From Balanoglossus misakiensis (lineage: Eukaryota > Animalia > Hemichordata): 64,000 nt of DNA. The position numbers and the translations under genes were made by a program. The DNA lies in contig CM082579.2 of assembly GCA_040954595.2 (NCBI GenBank), positions 7,057,625 through 7,121,624 on the forward strand, read 5' to 3'. Position 1 is the stretch's first letter; each line of letters begins with the position of its first letter. Below, one piece after another: positions 11,954-37,671 of this stretch. Under the pieces are notes generated by a model, which was not told the origin of the DNA, searched no databases, and saw only the letters and a program-made list of their open reading frames with translations.

Positions 11954-14900
11954 ATGGCTACCCCTTTCGGTGTTGTCTTGTCGCGTCTAATGCTTCCTCT
12001 TGTACTCATCTGTGCTCAGATTGTAAGTATGAACTTTGAAGAAATATTGAAGAATCAAGAACTGATCCCAGCTGATAATGTATTGTTGTTAGCTGCAATT
12101 CTTACGTGTCATATATGCCATGCACGTGTGTATGTTGTCTTCACGTCACACCTGTGTGTGAGAGGTACATGTACAGTGGAACTCGGGGTCATTGCAGTTT
12201 TATTTTGAAAATAAATTTCGTGGGTTTTTCACACCACGTACGTGTTATTACCCATGTTGTAGATATTTCATGGTTTATTCTACCGAAGTGCACTAAATAC
12301 AACAAAACTTTTAAAAGAAAAAAAAACTGTCTGACGTTAATTTTGAACTTGGAAGCTTTTACATCAAAGTGTGTCAGTTTGCTATTTGGGTGATTTATTT
12401 AATCATTTCCTGTGCTTTACTGAATATTCTTCACATACAAGTTTGTAAACCGTATGGGTTGATATGACAGTTGGCAGACCTCTCGACACACTACATTCAC
12501 ACTACATTCAGGCAAACAGTTGGCAATGCTGGCAGGTATAATATTTCTGAAGTATGTAACCTCCAAGCGAAATTTTAGCTTTATATCCAAACTTAAAGTA
12601 AGATTAAATCAGCTGAAACGTACACATTTTAAATTACCGAAACCTATTATAAGCAAGATGGACATTAATTTCGTGCTATTTACGACACGTACACATGCAT
12701 CGTACGATCGCGTGTTCTTATGATTGATGGCGCGTCTTGCCCGTTTAGGGACAGGTGTATACCAGGTTTAACAGCAAGGAATTCTTTTAATTTCTTCGGT
12801 CGATTCAAACTGGCAAAATGTTCAACGTTAGCAGCGACTGACAAAATCTTATTAATTTTTAAATGCCTGGTACAAAGAATTGACCCCCACAAATGCAATA
12901 ATCAGACCCTCGTGTTATCTGAGGACACAGATTGTAGACAGATAAGAAATATCGTACCACTGTGTGTGTACTCCGAGTCATGAGTCCAACACAACGTATG
13001 CCATCGGAAAATAATACCTGTTCATAGTGTACCACAGTGGTCGAAATAGTTCAATTTGACTCAGCACTATCTTAAAATCAAAATAAATTTGTTTGGGCAG
13101 GTAAGCTTATCTTTGCCCATATCCTCTTCTACCTGGTTTTGTCACGACCTATAAAATCTCTTTTGTTTTCGATGGCGCTTTTTTCCATTTAGTCCGTCAG
13201 GTGTTAACCAATTATACGAATTAACCTTTGCCAGTTGTTATAAACGCACTGTAAAACCTTCCTGGTTATCAAGTTTAATGAAGATACATACGCTGTACCT
13301 ACGTGCCGAACAACTATATTATTGTGCGACATGCTAGCTATGTCCGTTATTCATAGGCTTTTTGCTGTCTCTCCCGAAGTCTTGCCCGCCACTCACTCAA
13401 CACCAGGCTCTTTTCAAAACTTGACGAGGCTTATATTGACAATAGAACAGTCGACAAGCTATTCACGACCATGTTACCAAATGCTCATGACGAAAAAGAT
13501 ACATCTTTTTCGTCTCATGACATTTACACTATTCTATACAACATCTCAGAACCTTCTTCTATGATCACCCCATCATTGCGACAAGGATTTGTCGCCAATG
13601 GAGATCGAGACACACTCACTACATTTTGCGCAATGTTCGTGCCTCACAGTTAAAAACTGCTTCCACCTGTTACAGCGAGCGGACGTGGACTGTTACGGGC
13701 AGAGAAACAAGTACTTGGCCAGAGATCTCTATGGCAACCTAAAATGCGTACCATGTACGAAGTGTCCACCGGGATTGGGCGTTGATCATCGGTGTGGCGG
13801 TACCAGTGACACGGTGTGTGAAATTTGTCGAGAAGGAAGCTATTCGGGCACATGGAGTAGTTCCAGAAAATGCACGCCGTGCAAGATGTGTTCTCCCGAT
13901 CAACGAGAAATTAGAAAATGTTCGACGGTAAAAAACGCGAAATGTACAAAAGGGTGTGGTGCAGGTAAGTTCTCGGATTCATGCAACCACTTGCCAATGT
14001 CGTCTTGGTTAATTGACTTGAATGCACAAGACTTTCACAATTGATTACGAAGATCCTTAAGGACCTAGTTTGTACCTTCCAATCGTTTCTAATAAAGCAA
14101 AAATAACCCAACAAATCTCGAAACCACGATACTTATCAATCAAACTAATGGTGTAACTGTGTATATATTTTTTTACAAATAAAATACTCGGAGACATTAA
14201 CAATTTGCACTTGCTTAATTCACCTGCGAAATTCGTCGATTGGTTTGTCAACAGGGTATTTCTTCAACAGTGAGACCAATCTCTGTGATCCTTGCTCCAA
14301 ATGTTTTTCTACCAACCAACCCCAGTTAGAAGCAAGACCACGGGAATGCGGCGACATTGGACTTGAACTTCCCCCGACATGCGCAGGGGGCGCAAGCGAG
14401 GATCAACCGCAGTCACATGACAATATTCACGAAGCTGGAATAGCAAACGAAGGCATGCATTCCTTAAAATTGCTCTTAAAATAGGCGAGGTGGCAATATT
14501 TTGACCTTGCCTTACTCTTTGCTGAGTTATGGTATTCTAGTATCGAACAAACGCATCATATAATATAATACCCGATATTTACTTTCTGACTTTAGGTAAT
14601 GAAGACAGGACTGCTACCGACAGCAAAATTAAAATGCATACAGCGTTAAACCAAAAGGAGATCGAATTGACATCAACACTTTCACTTTCTGTTGAACCAT
14701 CGCCATCACCCCGACACGTGAATGGAAACGATATGCCGCCCGGGGGAACCGATACACTTCTAGTCAGTTTACCAACGAGGACGGAGAACAGCTCTGTTAC
14801 GGCAAATGTAAATGCGGCGCCAAAGAGATACGCCCAGTTTCCGCAGATTGCCTTAATCATTGGGGCAACTGCACTGGTGCTCGGTGCCATTACAGCAATT

Positions 14901-15251
14901 CCCTGCGCGATAAACTTAATTCACAGACGTCGCAGGCGCAAGCGCCACCAACCGGACGTGTCCTACCACAGAACCCCCGTTGCCAACGGATACAGAGAGC
15001 AAGTTGTCCTCGTCAACAGTGGCCGGAACGCCGAGTTCACGTACGTACCTCAGCGCTACTCTCCGACCTGTTCGCAGGTGTCGACTGGTAACCATGGTAA
15101 CGAACTCTCCGAGCCACACGCGAACCGCAGTCACATTGACTTTAGCGAAGACAAGGCGAGTCATGTTTGGCGCGAAGGGGTCGTTGGCGGCGACCACGAT
15201 AATCTGAAATACCAAGCGCTCTACGGAAGAGAAGATAACGCTTTTAGGTGA
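11954..15251 (+). CDS. TNF receptor superfamily protein B, tandem paralog of A (no death domain), ~403 aa
   Basis: Exons 11954-12022 (signal peptide MATPFGVVLSRLMLPLVLICAQI), 13676-13964 (CVPCTKCPPGLGV..RC...DTVCEICREGSYSGTWSSSRKCTPCKMC), 14255-14452 (GYF...CDPCSKC; needs a GC donor) and 14596-15251 (TM IALIIGATALVLGAITAIPCAI, then RRRRRKR). Same exon/phase layout as gene A. Confidence 0.86.
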
Positions 15252-15728
15252 ACGGTCGGAGAAGATGAGAACTCGATTCAAGTATCGGCCCCTGGATATT
15301 TGCCCACCAGGCACGTAACCCACTCCCTGTGCAAACATTAGCCTTATATGTGGACTGGAAGTATTGGGTGGGAATATTGGGCAATTGTGATATTCTTCAA
15401 TATTGTATAAAATTTAAAAATATAGACATACTTTTCAAAATAAGACATTTCATGATTAATGTCATTTTTTTATAAGCATGTCGAAGAGATATTACATTTA
15501 TTTCTGACTTCGCCACGCCTTTTACAGTTTTTAGGTCACATTTCGGTATGTATGTTTACCATGGAACCTTGGAATCAGTTGCGTATCTATGTATGTATGT
15601 ATGTATGCATGCGTACATGCATGCATGCAACAAAAGTAAACATTTCTACCAAGACGTGTAGGTCAGAGACCTCATATTCACTGTGAAGGGCAACTATTTG
15701 AGGTGTTTGCCGTTCCATCTGCTTCATA

Positions 15729-29464
<13,736 letters not shown>

Positions 29465-29899
29465 GGTTCACAGTGTCACCAAAGGTAAAAAACACTGAAA
29501 AGTAAGAAAAACAAATTTCTCTGTGATTGTGAAATCATGAATTGAAGTGTATATGGAATGGGCATAATGAACAGCTGTTGGGGGCGTGGTCACTGGTGGC
29601 GGTCGATCCTTACAATATTGCCCAATAAATACAATGACAACGCGATTAAAAACGTTGGACGGCTTCGCAAAAACTGTTTGCCTTAGATGAATTTATCACT
29701 GTCCTCATCAGTTTCGTGGCAGAAGTATATCAGCACACAACCACAAGCTCCAAAACTCGTGCCCCTCCCCCTCGTCATGTATGAACTTCGCGTGTCGTCT
29801 GCTAAATTCTGTCTGCTCACACTTATCACTGCATTTGTTGTGCATGAGTTGATTCAAACATTAACCAGTGACATACCTTTCGAAAAGTGCCATGAAACG

Positions 29900-30400
29900 G
29901 ACAAATGTAGATAAACAGAGACACTCTTCCGCGATCCCTGAAGTTGTTTCCCGCGATCACCTTATATGACCCACCAACATTTAAAAACTTCTTTGATTGG
30001 ACAATTCCTCTTCAATGGTCCAATGAAAACTTGAGTTACATTTACTGCATATAAGGTCATCGAGATTGCGCAGAGTTTCGACGTGCCGATATGTGAGCTG
30101 TGTCGACTCTTCCGTCTCATGACAAAAATACGAGACATTTTACCGTCTTTATAGAGGTTAAGAGAAATCTTATAACCCTCCCCGAACATTTGAACATATG
30201 AAAGGTTGTGATCATACAGGCGTATTTTAATGCGGTTCATTTCTGCAACCTTGATCCCTTTCGATCTACTGCAGTGTTCACGATTCTTTTGATTGGACGA
30301 GAGGTTGTCACTTTCTGTATGAAGTTCAGTGCGCGTGCGCACGTTTTGCGTGCCAAAGTCAAATGCCATCGAGAGGATGGTGATGTGGCTTTATACAGTG
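29900..30400. promoter_or_regulatory. Putative bidirectional promoter of RAD50 and the C8orf48-like gene
   Basis: Start codons are ~1 kb apart and divergent. E2F-type TTTCCCGCG at 29947-29955 and CTTCCGCG at 29926; inverted CCAAT boxes (GATTGG) at 29995 and 30291 in a repeated TTTGATTGGAC context; NRF1-like TGCGCGTGCGCA at 30330-30341. A RAD50 5'UTR intron is likely (minus-strand donor at 29613, acceptor near 29496). Confidence 0.55.
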
Positions 30401-30485
30401 TGATCTTGTCGTTGGTTGACGGTGGACACCAGAAAATTTAGACTTTCAACGTAGATCTCTGTGTGTTTGTACTCAGTAATCCATA

Positions 30486-32624
30486 ATGGCAGAAAGTGAT
30501 TTGGAAGAATTGACTGACGTCAGAACCCTCATCGATATCCGTTCAGTATCTCCTTATAGTCAGGTAAGCTAAGAATGAGCCTTGAGGTCCTCCATATGTC
30601 CACAGACAAAGAGAAAGATATGTGATATGTCCTGGACCCAAATGTAAATGTAAAGTTGGGTCAGACTAGTTTATACGGATATGGTATACATGTACTGGAA
30701 TTCAGCACAGCTTTATAACTGATTTTCCATTTCTAGAGCGAAGAAGAAGAAACAAGGATACCAAGCCCGTACAAATCATATACTTACTCTGAAACAAGCA
30801 AAGGTAAGATTCTTACCTCACATCAAGAGGTTAATGGTACCGTCATATACCCACAATAAAATCTGACTAATCTGGAACCCTTTCCAGTCCCCCCTTCACA
30901 TAAAACCACATGTTTAAAGAACCTCTATAAACCAGACACCTCCGCAAACCGAACTATATTCTCAGTCCCTCAAAGACACTATTCCTGTGGTATTGTAATG
31001 TTCAAATTCATCCATGTCTTCAGATTCTGTGGTCGACTCCAGTGATTTCCCAGCAAGCCCTCTTCGTCCAGATTCACGCAGCGCCAGATTCGAAAAAATC
31101 TACTACGTGAGCGAGACAGACGACGAGAGGGAATACGCCCAGGAGAGTTTTGAAGCAGCCTCTGTGAGTGAACGCAGCAGTCTGGCAAGTCAGACGGAAA
31201 GTGAATTGGGATATTCGGATGAGAGCTGGGAAGAAGCAGCCTCTAGTACAGTGAGTGTCAAGCTTCAGTTATTATTACATACCTCAGTGTGAGTGTATTA
31301 ATTCGAATAGGCAACATCAAGGAATGTAGCGAGCCGGTAAATATTGTATTGACCAGTTGCCATGGCTATTTAGACAATAACATACTCCACCTCTGTGTTA
31401 TTTTAATACATGTAAAGTTACAGTAGCTGTTACTACAAGGGTTTAGCGTAGACAGCAATGTGTAGTATTTCACAGTTGTTTACATTTCTTGATATCTTTG
31501 ACCATCTAGGAATCAGATGATGAGAAAGCTGAGATTGCCAGAGCTTTACAAGAAAAGAAATTACAACACCTGAGAAATCTTTCAAGCCAGCAGCGCATAC
31601 CACACAGAGCAGAACCAGTGTTTCTGAAGAAAACCAAGACAAAACTGCCACCGGCAGCAAAACAGTTTTGCAAGAAAAAGTTGCAAGTGTTAAGGTCACC
31701 ACAAATAAAAATAGAACAAGGTGAGATATCTAGTTATAAGAACAAACTCGCTCAAGATCCTTGATCAAATTGTAATATTTTAATCTTAGTAAACCTTTCC
31801 CACTTTGTTTTAAAGCCAACAGAGGTCAAGAGGTTAAGAAGACACAAGAAGATGACGGTGGCACAGATAAACAAATCGATAGACGACTCATAGAAAGACT
31901 CAGACTTACAAATATTTTGGAAAAGATGCAAAAGGTATGCAATGACAGATTACACACCCTTTCACTGATCACAAACATCCAAAGATGAGACCACTCAGTT
32001 CTCACAATTTTGACACATCTACATTTCTCAGTTATTAATGACAAAATGTCTGTTTGTCTCTTGTCCGCACTTCTAGGCTGCTCGTGTTGAACTACACAAT
32101 CCTCACAAATGCCGGATTTGCTGGTAAGAAAAGAGATTATCTTTCAGCGCACATTACCTTGAATATGTTTTTACTACCTGGGGAAATACCATCAAGCGTC
32201 TGTGGTTTATTGAGATGAGAAACATCAAGTTTCATGGCTAACAATGATTCCTTCCTTCTCATAGCTGTGCCAGGGAAAGCAATACAGAACAGAGTTTTGT
32301 CAAGATGAAAACTGCAATAGCACAAAACAAAAACATGGATTTGAAAGTTGAACGCTATCTGAACACACATGTAAGTACAACTTCAGTTTCTAGTCTTTTT
32401 CCCTACATAGTAAATTTGTGTGTATGATATTTGCATATTGTGTAGCGCCCTCTTGTGGCCACTAGTAATTCTCGACTTTCTTTCCTCTTTGAGACTGTCT
32501 TTTAATATTCGTTATTTTGTTTCAGGACTCGATAACATTGATTGGTGATCTAGCCAAGACTCTGCCAAAGCCAACAGAAGATCCACAAGAGATATGGCGA
32601 AAAATGATGCTGGGAATATCATAG
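30486..32624 (+). CDS. C8orf48: C8orf48-like (DUF4606) protein, ~317 aa, 8 exons
   Basis: Exons 30486-30563, 30737-30803, 31024-31250, 31510-31720, 31816-31934, 32077-32123, 32265-32370 and 32526-32624 splice in frame with GT-AG. Acidic Ser-rich N-terminus, then FCKKKLQVL, LIERLRLTNILEKMQKAA..ELHNPHKCRIC and DSITLIGDLAKTLPKPTEDPQEIWRKM, which resembles the remembered C8orf48 C-terminus (IGE....PRLSDDP..IW). Confidence 0.78.
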
Positions 32625-33810
32625 CCAAAGTTGATGATTTGGTAGCCATTTTGAATGTCAAATTGTTGTAATATTCAACCAAAATAAATAAAGCTTGCGT
32701 TTTGCATTGGATGAACTCAACAGCATAAATTTTGCTCATTGCCTGTTGTTCCTTTGCCAAAAATAATCTGAGGAACAGCCTTGGGCTGTTACTGAGGGGC
32801 ATGTGGTTTCACAGAAGTATGTATTTATATTTATTCATTTGTGTTGTAACTCCTCTTTTTTTTTAGAATAAAGAAACAACTCATTCATTCACTCACTCAC
32901 TTATTTATTCATACAATAAAACAATATTTTTTTTATAAAAATCATCTTTATTTCACTGTGAGCACTCACATAGTATCCCATGTATATAACAACACCCACT
33001 GTTTATAACATATTGCATGAAAGGCTGCCAAAAATCAAGGAGAGATCACAAAACTAGCGAAAAAACTCGACTGATGAAAGTTTCGGTAACACACATGGGT
33101 TTATAATATATACACAGAACGCTACAAGGGTAGAGAGTTTACAAACAATTTTAAAAATTAAAAGTTCAATGCACCTATCCAAGTTATTTTGTACTTTTGA
33201 TGCAAAAATTGATTCACTGAAAAAACACCAGCGTCTTACCACTTGCCAAAAGAAAATGTGAATGTTCATAAACACACATTATAAGGGTAAGCTTTCCAAT
33301 GGGTGCGCATGGCCCCTGTGTCAGTGTGTCTCACAAATTCCATACAGTTTGTAATTGAAGCAGAATTATGATACAGCTATACCAGGCTAGGTAATGTCAC
33401 AATATCAAGGAAATGACCTCTGTTGCAGGCATGCTACGCTGACAGAATATTCAAAAGTGACTTTCACATGAAAGCAATTTAACTGAATAATAAACGTCTG
33501 GCTGTCACACCCAACATTTGAATATGTATTATCAGAGATATATCTAGAAAATGAAATTTCACCGTGCAGTGAAGTGCAACCCTTCAGGATGTAATCAGGA
33601 ACAAAGTGTACTTGTTGGTGAAGCTCAAAGATGGTCACTAGACAGCATTTCTCCTAGCAATAGGATACATCTTTTGAAAAACACGCATGTCTCCCTCTAA
33701 AGCTCTTGTTTACAATACTACAGAATCTAAAAAAATCTTCCAAGAAGTGTGCCTTATACTGACCAACTATCTTCCCCTGACCAAACAATCTTTAAAATAA
33801 AGTTGCTTTT

Positions 33811-33885
33811 ACCCTTTCACCTCGTTTCCCTGTATACCATAGAAAACAATGGATTTGGACCACACCATGGTTGTGAAGGGGTGAA
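33811..33885. mobile_element. Internally deleted copy of the piggyBac-type micro-MITE
   Basis: ACCCTTTCACC...TACCATAGAAAACAATGGATTTGGACCACACCATGGTTGTGAAGGGGT matches the family consensus. Confidence 0.65.
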
Positions 33886-34590
33886 GTCGGAACATGCAGG
33901 TAAACCCCACAGACTGGCAGAACAAATACTTGAGCAAAACCTTTAAATCTCACCAAATAATCCTAAGTTGCCTTGAGCAAAATATGACAAAAAGTTTCAG
34001 ACTTCGATGTTCGAAGTGCTTTTGACCTTAAAATACTCCTGATCTCAAGTACACCCACCATCAACATCAACCATTACTGTATGCCCTTTGACGTTAACTT
34101 CACTGCCTCATTCATCCACAAGTTACCTTTCCAACCCATGTTGAAATCCACTAGTCCGATTCTAACATTGGCAGCGAAACGGGAACATACCAAACGATAA
34201 AAGTGAAGGGCTTAAAATCAGCACTTGGCATATAATACACTAACAGTGATATGAACACGTCAAAAAAACACAATATCTTGCATAGTACACAACAACACAA
34301 AGAAATGAATTTCGAGCATGGGTCTGAAACAAATGACAATTAATTATAAACTAGGAACACCAGGCACTACACCTGAATACTGAATGCTGTCAAGATTTAA
34401 TGGGCATGCCATTCTGAAGATTGTACCCTTTATTTCAAATCTTGAGATTTTCTATACCTTCTCTGGGTATTTTCCCTGAATGTTGTTGGTTTTTTACGTT
34501 AATGACCTGTACAATGATCTCCTACATGTCTCACAGGGAGTAAAAAACTTGACATAACGTAATTTGAAGGGTCATGTTGATGACCGTGGG

Positions 34591-34685
34591 TACGGTACAG
34601 TACAGTACAGTACAGTACAGTACAGTACAGTACAGTACAGTACAGTACAGTACAGTACAGTACAGTACAGTACAGTACAGTACAG
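34591..34685. repeat. (TACAG)18 microsatellite
   Basis: Perfect TACAG units at 34596-34685 preceded by one TACGG. Confidence 0.95.
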
Positions 34686-37671
34686 TCCTATTGGGCTTGT
34701 CTTGTCAGAGACATTCCTGGTCACATCAGTTTAAAACTATTTTTCAGGCAACAGATTGCAAAAACAGGCAGGAAAACCAGAACATCTTCCACAGTTCCAT
34801 ATCACCTATCCAATGTTAGAGATTTAGCTCTTTTACGCTTACATACAAGGATGTTAAACTTGCCCAAGGGGAAGTGGTATTCCTTGTCACATTACTACAT
34901 GCCCACACACACGGTGCACGTACATGTAATGTTGAAAACGTGCCGACCAGGGGCACTTCAGATTTCACCATTCACATTTTCATGCATAAATCTCTAACAC
35001 ATTCACTGACAATGGTCACGTCAGCCGTCTCACAATGCTCAAGCTTTCAGTGGAGATCACCGTCATTTCGATCATGAACACATGATTCCATGGTAACCGA
35101 GACATCGTCACGGAAATACGATGCTGCACAGCATACGTGCCTATTTGATTCACATGAAAAGAATAAGCTGGCACTGAAGCATTGTTCAATTCATCATCAC
35201 CACAGCCTGGGTACGAGGTTGAGTTTAAATACACAGACGAAGGCTCAATTTACTTGACTGCAGGATCTTTCTCAGCATGCACCAACTATTTTTCTTATTT
35301 CCTTTTTTTTTGACAAAAAGAGCACAAGGCCATATGCATTTCTAGTGTAATGATGAACTTCCTGCGTGTTGCTATGATCCTGTTATCTCGGCTGCGGACT
35401 TTCCATGGGCCCATGCTGCACAACGACTGCCAGTAACCTGGTGTCCTTCTTTGCCCAGGTGTAATTGTCAGTAATAGTTCTACCATACATATATGCCACA
35501 GCTGATTGGCAAATCAGAATACAACTTGTAAGGTCAACATCAGGTCTCCTTAGGTTGGTGATTAAAACAGTATTAAGACACTAGCGAACTCCTTGGGTGG
35601 GTGGGAAATTCACAACTATGCACTATTAAACTGCTCTGAGCATTTTGTGAAATACTTTCTCATTTTGGCATTTAATATTGTATCAGATACTGTTGAAAGA
35701 TTTGAGATACTGATAACTTTTATATGAACATTGTAATCTTTGTTTTTCAATATTATAATTAACCCATACAAGAGACATTATTTATATGCAACAATGACTA
35801 TAATATATATATATAACATGGTAAAATTTGTTCTCTGTTTAAAAGTATGCGCTTATATGACTGTTTCCTACAAAAAAAAAAGAAAATCAATGCTGAACCG
35901 AATTACTGCACATGTACTGAAGACATGTTGATGCTTGTAAGATTCTTCAACTAAACCACGACTAGAAAATTGACCAGACCATCCAAAACAGGTCTGGTTG
36001 GTGTGACTCTCTGTCCACTGGTGTGACATTCCAAAACTGCAAGTTTCAGCAAGTAGTGTTGAAATAAATATGGGGTGAAGCTTAAATTTTTGGTTAACAA
36101 CAGCACAGTAAAATCTGTCTAAACCGCACACATACATACGTACACCGAAATCTGCAGATAATTGATTATGTTTTGCTTCCAGATTATTGTGTTTAGTTTA
36201 GACAGGTTTCATTGTACTCGATTTTTTCACGCCATTGCTGGAACAATTATTCCAATACCAACATTGAATACAGCTGTTGCGTCCCCATAGCCAAAAGTTC
36301 TCATGTGCTGGGGTTGTTGTGTGAACTTAGTGACAACACTGACATGCCAAACTGCATGTACCGTACATACTACAAAGTAAGCATACTCTGCCAATAATCT
36401 TTTAACCATAAAAACATCTCTAGTCAAACAGTTCACACATGCAGGTAATTTAATACTGTGCCAATTAAACTGGAAGCCAGGCTGTGCTAATATCCGAAAG
36501 TGAATACACAACCTGAATTTAGGGAATGATGTAAAACAACCAAGCTGACCAGAAATAGGTTTCAATTCGCGTTATATTGAGTTGTAGGTCAGTCGAACCC
36601 AGCATAAAGATACACATCTGTCGCGTTTTTCTCCAAACTCGCTCTTTTTCACTTGCATTTGGTAGACAGAAAATCACACCTCATAAGCTGCTGAAAACAC
36701 AAACTTAAAACAATACCTATGGTCCTCTGCTGACAAACAAGGCAGAAGAAAACAGGCCACACTAATAATAATAATCATAATTATAATAATAAGTCCCTCT
36801 GTGTTGCCATGGCAATGAGAAACAAGTCGATCTAAGCTGATTTGCATAACGCCATTTTGTTAATTCAGTTGTTTCTATCTTATTATGTTACAATTATCAT
36901 AAAAGAACAAAGTCTGTGTGAATCTACAAAAAGCCGAACCAGTGGCAATTATTTTTTATTGATCCCTCCCCCTGTAATAATGTTATTGGCCACGAAACCC
37001 TTCCTGGAATACACTCATTTTTTGCAACATTTGGGAAATGAAATAGGCCAGAAGCATCGTCTCTGCACATTTAAATATTCAAATAAATCACTGGATTCTC
37101 TAAAGTGCTACCCAGTAGACCAGAACCAACCCCAACACGCAATAATTCAAAAAAAATCGTCGCCTACAAAATGTTGGACTATGCCTAACAAATTATCAAT
37201 GTACATCAGTTTTACAACCACCAATATACAATTCATGTGGGTGAAGTGACAGTCCCCTGTTACGCACACAGCTCACTCCCTGAACAGTTTAAAGTAATTT
37301 TACCATAAATGCAGAAATTCACCACAAATGTACTGAGGAAAAAATGTAAATGTCAAATAAGAAGTTTCAATAAAGGTTATTATTATTATTATTGTTTCAT
37401 GTGTTTGGGGTTGGTCATGGCACACACAGATCCACTTGGTCTACTACTAACATTTTTTTTTCTTCTCTCTTCTCAATCTAAATATATTAGTGTTTTTTTA
37501 AAATGAAAATTAGTGATAGATTTTGAAGTCCTCACATCCTAAGTACACACAGTCTGTACATCTTTGTCATTGAAAATGTTATTTCCTCCACAGTATAGTT
37601 TTGTTGTTGTTGGGTTTTTTTTTTGTCCCTCAGAACACGATGTAAATTTTCTCCGTTCCTCCTCGTTTTCT

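Noticed and set aside
34574-34819. ORF with repeated STVQY
   Set aside because: Product of the (TACAG)n microsatellite.
35349-35506. ATGATGA...CTGA resembling a C/D-box snoRNA
   Set aside because: Not in a sense-strand intron, no terminal stem and no recognisable rRNA guide.
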